A stretch of 32,000 nt of DNA from Alkanindiges sp. WGS2144 (GTDB lineage Bacteria > Pseudomonadota > Gammaproteobacteria > Pseudomonadales > Moraxellaceae): the NCBI RefSeq assembly GCF_043950625.1, contig NZ_CP171007.1. One strand, written 5' to 3'. Made by a program: the position numbers and the translations under genes. The notes below the pieces were generated by a model. The model was given only the letters and a program-made list of their open reading frames with translations, ran no database searches and was not told the DNA's origin. Positions 1 to 8,456 of this stretch are shown in pieces (position 1 is the stretch's first letter; each line of letters begins with the position of its first letter).

Positions 1-327
1 CGCCACATAATTAAAGGTACCCAGAGGAATAATTCCCAGACACACCTTACTATATCTCAATATCTGAGCCACAGCATTCAGGGTACCATCCCCACCCGCC
101 ACCACAATCAGGCCGCCTTGCTGCTCATGCCGGCTTAACGCCTGCTGTACCACTTGCTTTAACTGCTGGCACTCAGTAAGCACATATAAATCCACTTCAA
201 AATGATACTGCTTAAAATAAGCAACCAGCTGATGCGCCAAACGCATATATCCCTGCGCATGATGCCCGGCACTACTATTGATCAGCAGTGAAATCAGCAG
301 CTTGTCTGGTAAACTTATCGGCATCAT
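1..327 (-). CDS. Lipid/diacylglycerol kinase family protein (YegS/BmrU-like); N-terminal part only, the gene runs off the left edge
   Basis: Not in the ORF track because it is open at the window edge. Reverse translation from the ATG at 327 gives MMPISLPDKLLISLLINSSAGHH...QGGLIVVAGGDGTLNAVAQ...LGIIPLGTFNYVA. GGDGT and IPxGTxN are the signatures of the DAG-kinase catalytic domain. Confidence 0.7.
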   Translation of the reverse strand, partial: MMPISLPDKLLISLLINSSAGHHAQGYMRLAHQLVAYFKQYHFEVDLYVLTECQQLKQVVQQALSRHEQQGGLIVVAGGDGTLNAVAQILRYSKVCLGIIPLGTFNYVA

Positions 328-563
328 TGTTTCATCTGTTTATACTATGAAATGTCTAACTATTGACTAATATCTCTCACCATTAAAGAGTGTTTTAAGC
401 ATTCCAACCAGATATCATTTATTTTAATTTGTTGTAATTTATGCAAAACTATAAACTATTATTTTAATAACCTTTTTACACATCCTTGCTTGAAAAAATC
501 TCTGCTCTCCCAATAATGAATACATAGAACGATTTAAACCCAATTTAAAGATAAAACCGGCTT

Positions 564-1511
564 ATGACTGAACATTCTCAATCTCCCCAATTCATTACCG
601 TGGATCAGGAACACCTTGGCGGCCATGCAGTACACTGGCAACTACTGTCTACGCAACCCGATATCGATGTCCCAAAATGGTTGCAGCAAGCATTAACTGA
701 TGCAAATATGCCCTACGGTTTAAACCATGATAGCGGTCATTTGCCTCAAGACAGCTGGCTGATTAACGGGCCAGATCAAATGATACAGATCAGCCAGCTG
801 ATTAAAGTAAATTCTCAGCAACAACCAGTTAATTTGCTGACTGCTTTTCCCATCGTAAATAGTCCTTATACGATTCAGGGCACTATAAAACAAATTATTT
901 GCTGTAAGGAAGCCATGCAGGCAGTACTTAATATTAGTACCAGCGATAATGCCACTATTTATGCGTTTGATAATCTATATACCGTGAATCAAAACCAGTA
1001 TAAACAGGATCAGGTTTATAATATTGAGCTGGGTGGTTTTGCCTATGGACTGGAAACAGTAAAACCGGGCGAAACCATCGTTGTTGATGACCCAGCTGCC
1101 ATTAAGCACCATCGTGCCCTTAATGAAATTCTGGCTAACAATAACGGCATAGTACCTGATGACCTACAAGCCCAGATTGCGGCCTGGCAACCTCAAACTG
1201 AAGAAGATAAAGCACCAGTAACCCTGGATTTATCCAAAATGGTGGCGTATTTATATGGTGACCATTTAGGACAGGAAGACGAGGCCTGGTTTCAGGGAGA
1301 AATTCTGGGTTTATCGCAAACTAATTTTATGGATAAAACCATCGATTTAATTGATGTTGTCATCATTCGTGAACAGAATACTAAACCAGTAGTTATCCGA
1401 TTAGCTTATTTAAATTCTGACAAACAGACTAATTCTTTCAATGTAGGCGATTATATTCGCGGAAATATATGGATTCAGGCTACTATTTATGCTACTAATA
1501 CTCGTGAATAA
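564..1511 (+). CDS. Hypothetical protein, 315 aa, no recognisable motif
   Basis: Long ATG-initiated ORF with no competing antisense ORF. No signal peptide or TM segment. A hairpin terminator follows at 1774-1803. Confidence 0.6.
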   Translation: MTEHSQSPQFITVDQEHLGGHAVHWQLLSTQPDIDVPKWLQQALTDANMPYGLNHDSGHLPQDSWLINGPDQMIQISQLIKVNSQQQPVNLLTAFPIVNSPYTIQGTIKQIICCKEAMQAVLNISTSDNATIYAFDNLYTVNQNQYKQDQVYNIELGGFAYGLETVKPGETIVVDDPAAIKHHRALNEILANNNGIVPDDLQAQIAAWQPQTEEDKAPVTLDLSKMVAYLYGDHLGQEDEAWFQGEILGLSQTNFMDKTIDLIDVVIIREQNTKPVVIRLAYLNSDKQTNSFNVGDYIRGNIWIQATIYATNTRE

Positions 1512-1551
1512 TTCTTATTTGAATATTTTAATGATTTTATGAGTGCAGGTA

Positions 1552-1689
1552 ATGAAAATTATACGTGAATCCGCTCAGCAACAACTGGTTCAATCTATCG
1601 ATAAGCTGGCGATTGATAAACCTGCCTGCCTGTTTTTTATTATTGGCATGATCCTCGCTGCCTGTTTTTTGCAACTTCTATTTTCCTGA
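1552..1689 (+). CDS. Possible small membrane protein (45 aa)
   Basis: ATG at 1552 preceded by GCAGGT. Translation is MKIIRESAQQQLVQSIDKLAIDKPACLFFIIGMILAACFLQLLFS, with a hydrophobic C-terminal half. It is below the ORF-track size cut-off and has no other support. Confidence 0.25.
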   Translation: MKIIRESAQQQLVQSIDKLAIDKPACLFFIIGMILAACFLQLLFS

Positions 1690-1773
1690 GTATTAAATAA
1701 TTTATGGGGTATTTTAAATGCCCTGTTTATACCTGCCAGAATCCAAGCACCTACTCATCAATTGTTAAACCAT

Positions 1774-1803
1774 AAAAATGCCCACAATATCGTGGGCATT
1801 TTT
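1774..1803. terminator. Bidirectional rho-independent terminator
   Basis: The 8-bp stem ATGCCCAC (1778-1785) pairs with GTGGGCAT (1792-1799). An A-run lies on the left and a T-run on the right. It sits between the convergent plus-strand ORFs and the SCP2 gene. Confidence 0.65.
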
Positions 1804-1817
1804 GGCATGCACTTAAA

Positions 1818-2204
1818 TTATTCAGTCATGTCCAGTACGCGCTGGAACAGGTCTTTTTGTTCCTGGCTTGGACGCGCAGTTTGTAGCGCCATCAGCTGGC
1901 TCATATCACCCTGCACCTTGATTTTTCCGGTCATAAACGCCTGCATGGCTGCTGCCATATCAAACTCTAAAAACACCTTGCGCAGGGTTTCTTCGTCCAT
2001 GGACAAAGTGGTTTTTGCATTTGATGACAGGCCCTTTTGAATTTTTCCACCGTCTAAAGACAAATTAACATCGTCTTTGCCTGGCTCACTCACAGTCAGG
2101 TTTAGGGCCAGATCAGCCAGTGCTGGCGGCAGACTCAAATCACCTGCTTCAGCAGTCAGTTTATCTACAGAATCAAACCATTCATTCGTTAAAAATGCAG
2201 GCAT
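1818..2204 (-). CDS. SCP2 sterol-binding-domain protein
   Basis: The translation MPAFLTNEWFDSV...KTTLSMDEETLRKVFLEFDMAAAMQAFMTGKIKVQGDMSQLMALQ shows the typical SCP2 C-terminal pattern. I chose the ATG at 2204 because GAGGAC lies 6 nt upstream; the ORF-track start at 2222 lacks a Shine-Dalgarno (SD) sequence. Confidence 0.8.
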   Translation of the reverse strand: MPAFLTNEWFDSVDKLTAEAGDLSLPPALADLALNLTVSEPGKDDVNLSLDGGKIQKGLSSNAKTTLSMDEETLRKVFLEFDMAAAMQAFMTGKIKVQGDMSQLMALQTARPSQEQKDLFQRVLDMTE

Positions 2205-2447
2205 GTTGCGTCCTCTATCCATTCATTGTAAACAGTAATTAACATTACTTGGCAACCAAAATAAAGCTAAGCCTTTAAAAATGCAATGCTTGTGCTGCTT
2301 TATAACAGAGTCCAGGCAGAGTGGATATGGCAAAAATTGTATCTTCTGGCTAAAAAATGTGTCAAAGGCAGAAAAACACTATGCCGCCTTACTGGACAGA
2401 TTCTGCCTAGTGGCTGCCTTAATGAATTCGCTGTTGAAGTCCCCTAA

Positions 2448-3350
2448 CTACATTAAGCTCAGATTTACCACATCCAAACGCTGTTTGAACTGTTCCAGTG
2501 CTTCAGGTGTTGTTTCTACCATTTCGGCCTGCAAGCTTTCAAAGTCAAACAATTCACGATCTGCCAGCTGGGAAGGTGATACATTTTGCAGCGCCCCAAA
2601 AATACTCGCCAGGCGTTTAGGGTATTGTTTATCCCATTCACGCAACATATCGTTAATCATGGCACGTTGCAGGTTTTCCTGTGAACCACACAAATTACAG
2701 GGAATAATGGGAAACTGGCGCATGTTGGCATATTTAATAATGTCTTTTTCTGCCACATATGCCAGTGGACGAATCAAAATATTCTTTTTATCGGTAGACA
2801 GCAGCTTGGGTGGCATCGCCTTTAAACTGCCCCCGTGAAACAGGTTTAAAAAGAACGTTGCCATGATGTCATCCCGGTGATGACCCAAGGCCACCTTGGT
2901 CGCGCCAATTTCCTGTGCAAAGCCATACAGGGAACCACGGCGCAAGCGCGAACATACTGCACAAAAGGTTTTACCTTCCGGCGTCAGGCGCTTGACAATG
3001 CTGTACGTATCTTTTTCCAGAATATAATGCGGAATATTACGCGCTGTCAGATAGTTGGGCAGTACATCCTCTGGAAAACCTGGCTGTTTTTGATCCAGAT
3101 TCACGGCCACAACTTCAAAATTAATAGGCGCGATTTGCTGAAACTGTAATAAAATGTCCAGCAGGGTATAACTGTCCTTACCACCAGAAATGCACACCAT
3201 GACCTTATCGCCCTCTTCGAGCATATTAAAGTCACGAATGGCATGTCCTACTTGCCTGCGAATCTTCTTTAACAGGCGGTGATAAGCGGTAGAAGTGGGC
3301 ACTTCAGGAACAAAACCAGAGTTTGCAGACGCATCAACAGGTAAAAACAT
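2448..3350 (-). CDS. ttcA: tRNA 2-thiocytidine(32) synthetase TtcA
   Basis: PP-loop motif SGGKDS, the [12 protein letters not shown] block, and the [10 protein letters not shown] and CNLCGSQ cysteine motifs closely resemble E. coli TtcA. The ORF-track start at 3371 is a TTG; the first ATG is at 3350. Confidence 0.9.
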   Translation of the reverse strand: MFLPVDASANSGFVPEVPTSTAYHRLLKKIRRQVGHAIRDFNMLEEGDKVMVCISGGKDSYTLLDILLQFQQIAPINFEVVAVNLDQKQPGFPEDVLPNYLTARNIPHYILEKDTYSIVKRLTPEGKTFCAVCSRLRRGSLYGFAQEIGATKVALGHHRDDIMATFFLNLFHGGSLKAMPPKLLSTDKKNILIRPLAYVAEKDIIKYANMRQFPIIPCNLCGSQENLQRAMINDMLREWDKQYPKRLASIFGALQNVSPSQLADRELFDFESLQAEMVETTPEALEQFKQRLDVVNLSLM

Positions 3351-3555
3351 GATTATCGCAGCAGTAAACAAAGCATTATTGGAGACGAATTGTACCCGAA
3401 ATTTTCCTCAATGAGCGCATGCTTTTTTAGAGGCTGTCTCTATTTTTGCCCTGTTTTCCTCCTTATTTTTCAGCCTTAATCACAAAACCTTATTACTTTG
3501 TCAACCCAAAATGACAAAATTACCTTTATTTTTGTGCATTCCTTCATCACTTAAG

Positions 3556-3590
3556 TTTTCCACAGAACCTGTGGATAACGATGGGGATAA
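3556..3590. promoter_or_regulatory. Cluster of three DnaA-box-like 9-mers, which also form an imperfect palindrome
   Basis: TTTTCCACA at 3556-3564 has one mismatch. TGTGGATAA at 3570-3578 is a perfect TTATCCACA on the minus strand. TGGGGATAA at 3582-3590 is TTATCCCCA on the minus strand. A weaker TTATCAACA lies at 3676-3684. Confidence 0.35.
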
Positions 3591-3877
3591 CTGAAAACTT
3601 GACAGGTGAGTGCAAAGATTTTGTAAGGGTTTGACACAATTCGATCACTTTTTAACCACTTTATTTTAACGATATTTATCAACAACTTATTAAATTCAAG
3701 TTATTTTTTTTAAATAATTTTTAGGTCGATGAGCCAGATGTTCATTAAATCTACTAATAATTCAACCTTGTATAATTTTTAACCTGATACATTGTAAGCA
3801 CTGGTCGGAAAAGGGTTACCTAAAGCTATATTTTTGCTACACTCCAGCAATATGTCAGGGAGATGAGTTAAAACTAG

Positions 3878-4714
3878 ATGAAAAATCGGACACCCTTTTA
3901 CCCTACTTCTTGCTCTACTATTACTGTTCTGCTGAAACGTTTTATGCCAGGTGCGGTTGCTGCCCTGCTAGCTAGCATGACCCTATCTGCTCATGCAGGT
4001 AACCTGTACGTACTCAAAAACAAAAATGGCGATACCCTGCTCACCAATGTCAGCAATGATCAGCGCTTTAAGGAATATAACACCAAGGTTAAGGTGACTT
4101 ATTATCCGGATACCAACGTACATAGCTATCGCAACTGGGGTGGTAGCGAAGCGGCTGTCCTGCCAAGCTACAGTAAAAACAAGAACCTGTATGACGGCAT
4201 TATCGCCCATGCAGCCAGTACGCATCGGCTGGATTCCGGTCTGCTTAAGGCTATCATGCACACTGAATCCGGTTTTAACCCTAATGCCCGCTCACCCGTT
4301 GGTGCGCAAGGGCTGATGCAGCTTATGCCGGCAACAGCCCGTCGCTTTGCCGTGACCAATGCCTACGATCCAGCACAAAATATTGCCGGGGCAGCAAAAT
4401 ACCTAAGCTGGCTGCTCAAGCGCTTTAATTACAATACCGAGCTTGCCCTGGCTGCCTATAATGCCGGTGAAGGCAACGTAGACAAATACAATGGCATCCC
4501 GCCGTTTCGTGAAACCCAAGATTATGTACGCCGGGTAATGAGTCGCTATAAAAACCTGTATGCTGGCGCGATGACTGCTGCCACTGCTTCCAGTTCTAGC
4601 AGCGCAGAATCTGCTACCACTCTGGCTCAGGTTGCTCCTGTCAAAAGCAAGGCACCTGTAAAAATTTATGCCGTTGATGGCGTCTATACTGCCTCGAGCA
4701 TTGATAGCTTTTAA
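3878..4714 (+). CDS. Lytic murein transglycosylase (SLT domain), exported
   Basis: SLT catalytic block HTESGFNPNARSPVGAQGLMQLMPATA followed by AYNAGEGNV. An N-terminal hydrophobic signal ends in LSAHA. The start could instead be the internal ATG at 3944. Confidence 0.85.
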   Translation: MKNRTPFYPTSCSTITVLLKRFMPGAVAALLASMTLSAHAGNLYVLKNKNGDTLLTNVSNDQRFKEYNTKVKVTYYPDTNVHSYRNWGGSEAAVLPSYSKNKNLYDGIIAHAASTHRLDSGLLKAIMHTESGFNPNARSPVGAQGLMQLMPATARRFAVTNAYDPAQNIAGAAKYLSWLLKRFNYNTELALAAYNAGEGNVDKYNGIPPFRETQDYVRRVMSRYKNLYAGAMTAATASSSSSAESATTLAQVAPVKSKAPVKIYAVDGVYTASSIDSF

Positions 4715-5021
4715 ATCCACCTTGCAGGGCTGGTTTTAGCTCAGCGCACCTTAAGCAATAGGTGTTACAGTACTCGGCTGCCTTGCTATTATTTGGTGAT
4801 AAGCAGCTTAACGTCATCTTAATTTTATAAAAAAAAGCCGGCTATTTTAATGGCAAATTGGCTATTTCTATTGAAAATCCCTCATAAAGCTCTACTTTAG
4901 CACTACAGTGTTTGAAGCTTTGATTGCAGTCAAAGCCAGAATGATTCTATAGCGAATATTTTTGCACCCTGTTTTTAGTTGATGGGTGTTTCATCCAAAT
5001 GTTTTTAAGAGGTAAGCGTAC

Positions 5022-5918
5022 ATGATGCGGATTGGTTTGTTTTTGCTGACCAACCTCGCGGTACTGGTAGTGGTTGGTATTATATTGTCTGTTCTGGGCG
5101 TGGGTTCTACGCATGGGCCTGGCGGTTTAAATTATACCAATCTGCTGGTGATCTGCTTTGTTTTTGGTATGGTAGGGTCAATGATTTCCCTGTTCCTGTC
5201 CAAATATATTGCCAAGAAAACCACAGGTACTCAGGTCATTGAAGTTCCACAAAACCCTGCCGAACAATGGCTCATGGATACTGTTGCTGACTTATCCAGC
5301 CGTGTGGGCATTAAAATGCCGGAAGTCGGTATCTTCCCCAGTTATCAGTCTAATGCCTTTGCCACTGGCTGGAACAAAAATGATGCGCTGGTATCCGTCT
5401 CTACCGGCTTGTTAGAGCGCATGAACAAGGATGAGCTGCGTGCTGTGCTGGCACATGAAATTGGTCATGTTGCCAATGGCGATATGGTCACCCTGTCGCT
5501 GATCCAGGGCGTAGTCAATACCTTTGTGATGTTCTTTGCTCGCATTATCGGCAATTTTGTTGACCAAACGGTATTTAAAAATGAAAGTGACCGTCCGGGT
5601 ATGGGATACTTTATCACCAGTATCGTGATGGATATTGTATTGGGCATTTTGGCTTCTGCCATTGTGATGTGGTTTTCACGCATTCGTGAATACCGAGCCG
5701 ATGAAGCAGGTGCACGTTTGGCAGGCAAGCAGGCCATGATCTCTGCCCTGCTGCGCTTGCAGGATGAGCAGCAAATGCCGGATCAAATGCCACAGGAAAT
5801 GAAGGCCTTTGCAATTAGTGCTGGTCAGCAACAAGGCTTTAGTATTGCAGCATTGTTCCAGAGTCACCCCAGCATTGAGCAACGGGTTGCGGCACTACAA
5901 CAACTGAATGTGCACTAA
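5022..5918 (+). CDS. htpX: Membrane zinc protease HtpX
   Basis: [14 protein letters not shown] is nearly identical to the E. coli HtpX N-terminus. The HEIGH zinc motif, NAFATG and four TM segments are present. Confidence 0.92.
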   Translation: MMRIGLFLLTNLAVLVVVGIILSVLGVGSTHGPGGLNYTNLLVICFVFGMVGSMISLFLSKYIAKKTTGTQVIEVPQNPAEQWLMDTVADLSSRVGIKMPEVGIFPSYQSNAFATGWNKNDALVSVSTGLLERMNKDELRAVLAHEIGHVANGDMVTLSLIQGVVNTFVMFFARIIGNFVDQTVFKNESDRPGMGYFITSIVMDIVLGILASAIVMWFSRIREYRADEAGARLAGKQAMISALLRLQDEQQMPDQMPQEMKAFAISAGQQQGFSIAALFQSHPSIEQRVAALQQLNVH

Positions 5919-5940
5919 AAGTAGTTAAAACTGTGTTTTG

Positions 5941-5987
5941 CACCAATAAAAAACCCTGAATACCATGTTCAGGGTTTTTTATTGGTG
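5941..5987. terminator. Bidirectional terminator shared by convergent htpX and fadH
   Basis: Perfect 20-bp arms, CACCAATAAAAAACCCTGAA (5941-5960) and TTCAGGGTTTTTTATTGGTG (5968-5987), flank a 7-nt loop. A and T runs lie inside the arms. Confidence 0.85.
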
Positions 5988-6007
5988 CAAAAAATATCAA
6001 AAGACCG

Positions 6008-8038
6008 TTATAGTCTGGCAGCCAGTTCAGCCCCATCCCGAATCGCCCGCTTGGCATCCAGCTCAGCAGCCAGCTTTGCACCGCCAATCAGATGATAACG
6101 GGCACCCAGCTGTTCACCCTCGTTAGGCATGAGCTCACGCACCGACTCCTGACCAGCACATGTTACCACCGTATCCACCCGCAACAACTGGCTCTGTCCA
6201 TTAACGGTAATCCATAACCCTTCGCTACTAATGGCTTCATATTCCACACCACGCAGCATACGTACCCCGTGCTTTTTTAACTGGGCACGATGTACCCAGC
6301 CTGAGGTTTTGCCAAGACCCGCCCCTACCGGGGTCGTTTTACGCTGTAACAGATAAATTTGCCGCAATGGTGAATCAACTTGAGGACGTACCAGCCCACC
6401 TTCACTAATATAGTCCGGGCTGGAATCAACCCCCCATTCCCGCTGCCAGTCTGCCAATGGCTGGGGCTGCGGCACAGCCGGGTTATGCAATAAAAATTCA
6501 CCCACATCAAAGCCAATACCGCCAGCACCAATGATTGCTACGCGCTGACCGACTGGTGCACCTTGCAACACTTCAGTATAGGACAGGACATGCGGCAGAT
6601 TGGCACCTTGCAGCTTCAAAGCGCGTGGAACTACGCCGGTTGCGACAATGACATCATCATAGCCTTCACGTTCCAGTTGATCGCGGTTTATCCGTGTGCC
6701 CAGCCGCACCTCTACCCCATTTTTTTTCAACATGGTTTTAAAATAGCGTATGGTTTCATGAAATTCTTCCTTGCCAGGAATCACTTTGGCCAGATTAAAC
6801 TGCCCACCAATATCAGACTGTGCTTCAAACAAAGTGACCTGATGGCCACGGCCTGCAGCCACGGTGGCAGCCGTCATACCAGCTACTCCACCACCTACTA
6901 CAGCAATGCGGCGCGGCTTGCGGGTTTTGACATAAACCAGCTCGGTTTCATAACCAGCGCGCGGATTGACCAGACAGGTGCCACGCTTGTTTTCAAAGGC
7001 ATGATCCAGACACGCCTGATTACAGGCAATACAGGTATTGATTTCATCCACGCGATTGGTGGCAACTTTATTGACCCACTCAGGATCAGCCAACAGAGGA
7101 CGTGCCATTTGAATCAGATCTGCCTTGCCTTCGGCCAGAATACTCTCAGCAGTTTGCGGCATATTAATGCGGTTGGAAGCAATCACCGGGATGGAAACAT
7201 GTTGCCTGACATGCGCGGTAATATCCACGAACGCCGCTCTTGGCACTGAGGTGACAATGGTAGGAATGCGAGCTTCATGCCAGCCAATACCAGTGTTAAG
7301 CAAAGTCACTCCTGCCTGCTCCAGCGCTTGTGCGATGGTGATGACTTCATCCATGGTGTTGCCATCCTGTACCAGATCCAGCATGGACAGGCGAAATGAA
7401 ATAATAAATTTTTCACCCACTGCCTTACGAATGGCTTTGACAATCTCCACTGCAATTTTCATGCGGTTTTCAATTGAGCCACCCCATTCGTCAGTACGCT
7501 GATTAACATGCTGGCTTAAAAACTGGTTCAGCAAATAACCTTCCGAGCCCATAATTTCTACGCCATCATAACCAGCATATTTAGCCAGTCTGGCACAACG
7601 GGCAAAATCACTAATGGTCGCCCAGATCTCCCTATCTGATAACGCCCGTGGCTTAAACATCGAAATAGGAGATTTTATCGGGCTTGAAGACACTACAAAT
7701 GGCTGATATCCATAGCGTCCAGAATGTAAAATCTGCATTAAGATCTTGCCGCCATGGCGGTGTACTGCATGAGTCACCAGTCGGTGATTCAAGGCATCCC
7801 CCAGTGTATTCATGGTGCCACCTGCTGGTAACAACCAGCCTTGCCGGTTAGGTGCGATACCGCCAGTAATCATGAGTGCTACTCCACCCTTGGCACGTTC
7901 AGCAAAATAGGCAGCCAGTTTAGGGTAGTTATAAAAACGGTCTTCCAGGCCAATATGCATTGAGCCCATCACCACACGGTTTTTAAGCTGGGTAAAACCA
8001 AGATCCAGCGGCTCAAGAAGGTGGGAATACGGTTTCAT
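6008..8038 (-). CDS. fadH: NADPH-dependent 2,4-dienoyl-CoA reductase FadH
   Basis: Colinear with E. coli FadH along its whole length: LDLGFTxLKNRVxMGSMH, GYDGVEIMGSEGYLLNQF, INTCIxCNQACLD and VVGGGxAG. The ATG at 8038 is preferred over the TTG at 8044. Confidence 0.92.
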   Translation of the reverse strand: MKPYSHLLEPLDLGFTQLKNRVVMGSMHIGLEDRFYNYPKLAAYFAERAKGGVALMITGGIAPNRQGWLLPAGGTMNTLGDALNHRLVTHAVHRHGGKILMQILHSGRYGYQPFVVSSSPIKSPISMFKPRALSDREIWATISDFARCARLAKYAGYDGVEIMGSEGYLLNQFLSQHVNQRTDEWGGSIENRMKIAVEIVKAIRKAVGEKFIISFRLSMLDLVQDGNTMDEVITIAQALEQAGVTLLNTGIGWHEARIPTIVTSVPRAAFVDITAHVRQHVSIPVIASNRINMPQTAESILAEGKADLIQMARPLLADPEWVNKVATNRVDEINTCIACNQACLDHAFENKRGTCLVNPRAGYETELVYVKTRKPRRIAVVGGGVAGMTAATVAAGRGHQVTLFEAQSDIGGQFNLAKVIPGKEEFHETIRYFKTMLKKNGVEVRLGTRINRDQLEREGYDDVIVATGVVPRALKLQGANLPHVLSYTEVLQGAPVGQRVAIIGAGGIGFDVGEFLLHNPAVPQPQPLADWQREWGVDSSPDYISEGGLVRPQVDSPLRQIYLLQRKTTPVGAGLGKTSGWVHRAQLKKHGVRMLRGVEYEAISSEGLWITVNGQSQLLRVDTVVTCAGQESVRELMPNEGEQLGARYHLIGGAKLAAELDAKRAIRDGAELAARL

Positions 8039-8456
8039 AAACAATCTCTTATTGATAATTTAAGCATTAGGACAATTAGGCGAATATAGAATAAATAATG
8101 GCAACAAGCTAGCAGGATAAAGCAGTGTAATGGGTGGCTGTAGGCGTGTCAGTGACCAATTCGTCAGGATTGGGCACTTAAATTTTTCAACTACACCAAG
8201 TCGAAAGCAATACTAGTTTTCCATACAGGTCAATACCTGAAGCTTGAACCCGCAGGTATAAGCCTGCCCATGGTTTTTGGCAGTCAAGATGTGTTATTTA
8301 TATCAAATCAGATATTTTTTGTTGCGCATTGTATAGTTATGATTGAAGCCATATAGGCGCTTTAAAACAAATGCTATACACTGGCTTCAGAAAGCGCACT
8401 AAAATGATATTTTAGAGCTATCTGCCTAACTTCAAACCATCATGGAAAGACGACAA

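Noticed and set aside
1762-3149. Plus-strand ORFs 1762-2040, 2281-2838 and 2877-3149
   Set aside because: They are antisense to the SCP2 gene and to ttcA, both of which have strong motif support. The translations are Cys/Ser/Leu-rich noise.
3372-3877. Chromosomal origin (oriC) hypothesis for the DnaA-box region
   Set aside because: There are only three or four boxes, the flanking genes (ttcA, a transglycosylase) are not typical origin neighbours, and I found no recognisable repeated AT-rich 13-mer unwinding element. I kept it as a lower-level regulatory or titration-site finding.
4727-4790. tRNA-like fragment (TAGCTCAG D-loop-like motif at 4737-4744)
   Set aside because: There is no matching acceptor stem, no anticodon arm and no GGTTCGAATCC-type T-arm. 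It is probably coincidental.
4860-5021. Sigma-32 heat-shock promoter upstream of htpX
   Set aside because: A TTGAAA is present, but no convincing CCCCATNT -10 element lies at the right spacing. I cannot support the call from sequence alone.
6325-7502. ORF-track entries 6325-6531 (minus strand) and 6563-7249 and 7125-7502 (plus strand) inside fadH
   Set aside because: They lie entirely within the well-supported fadH coding region, either antisense or out of frame. Their translations are low in complexity with no motifs, as expected for shadow ORFs of a long gene.
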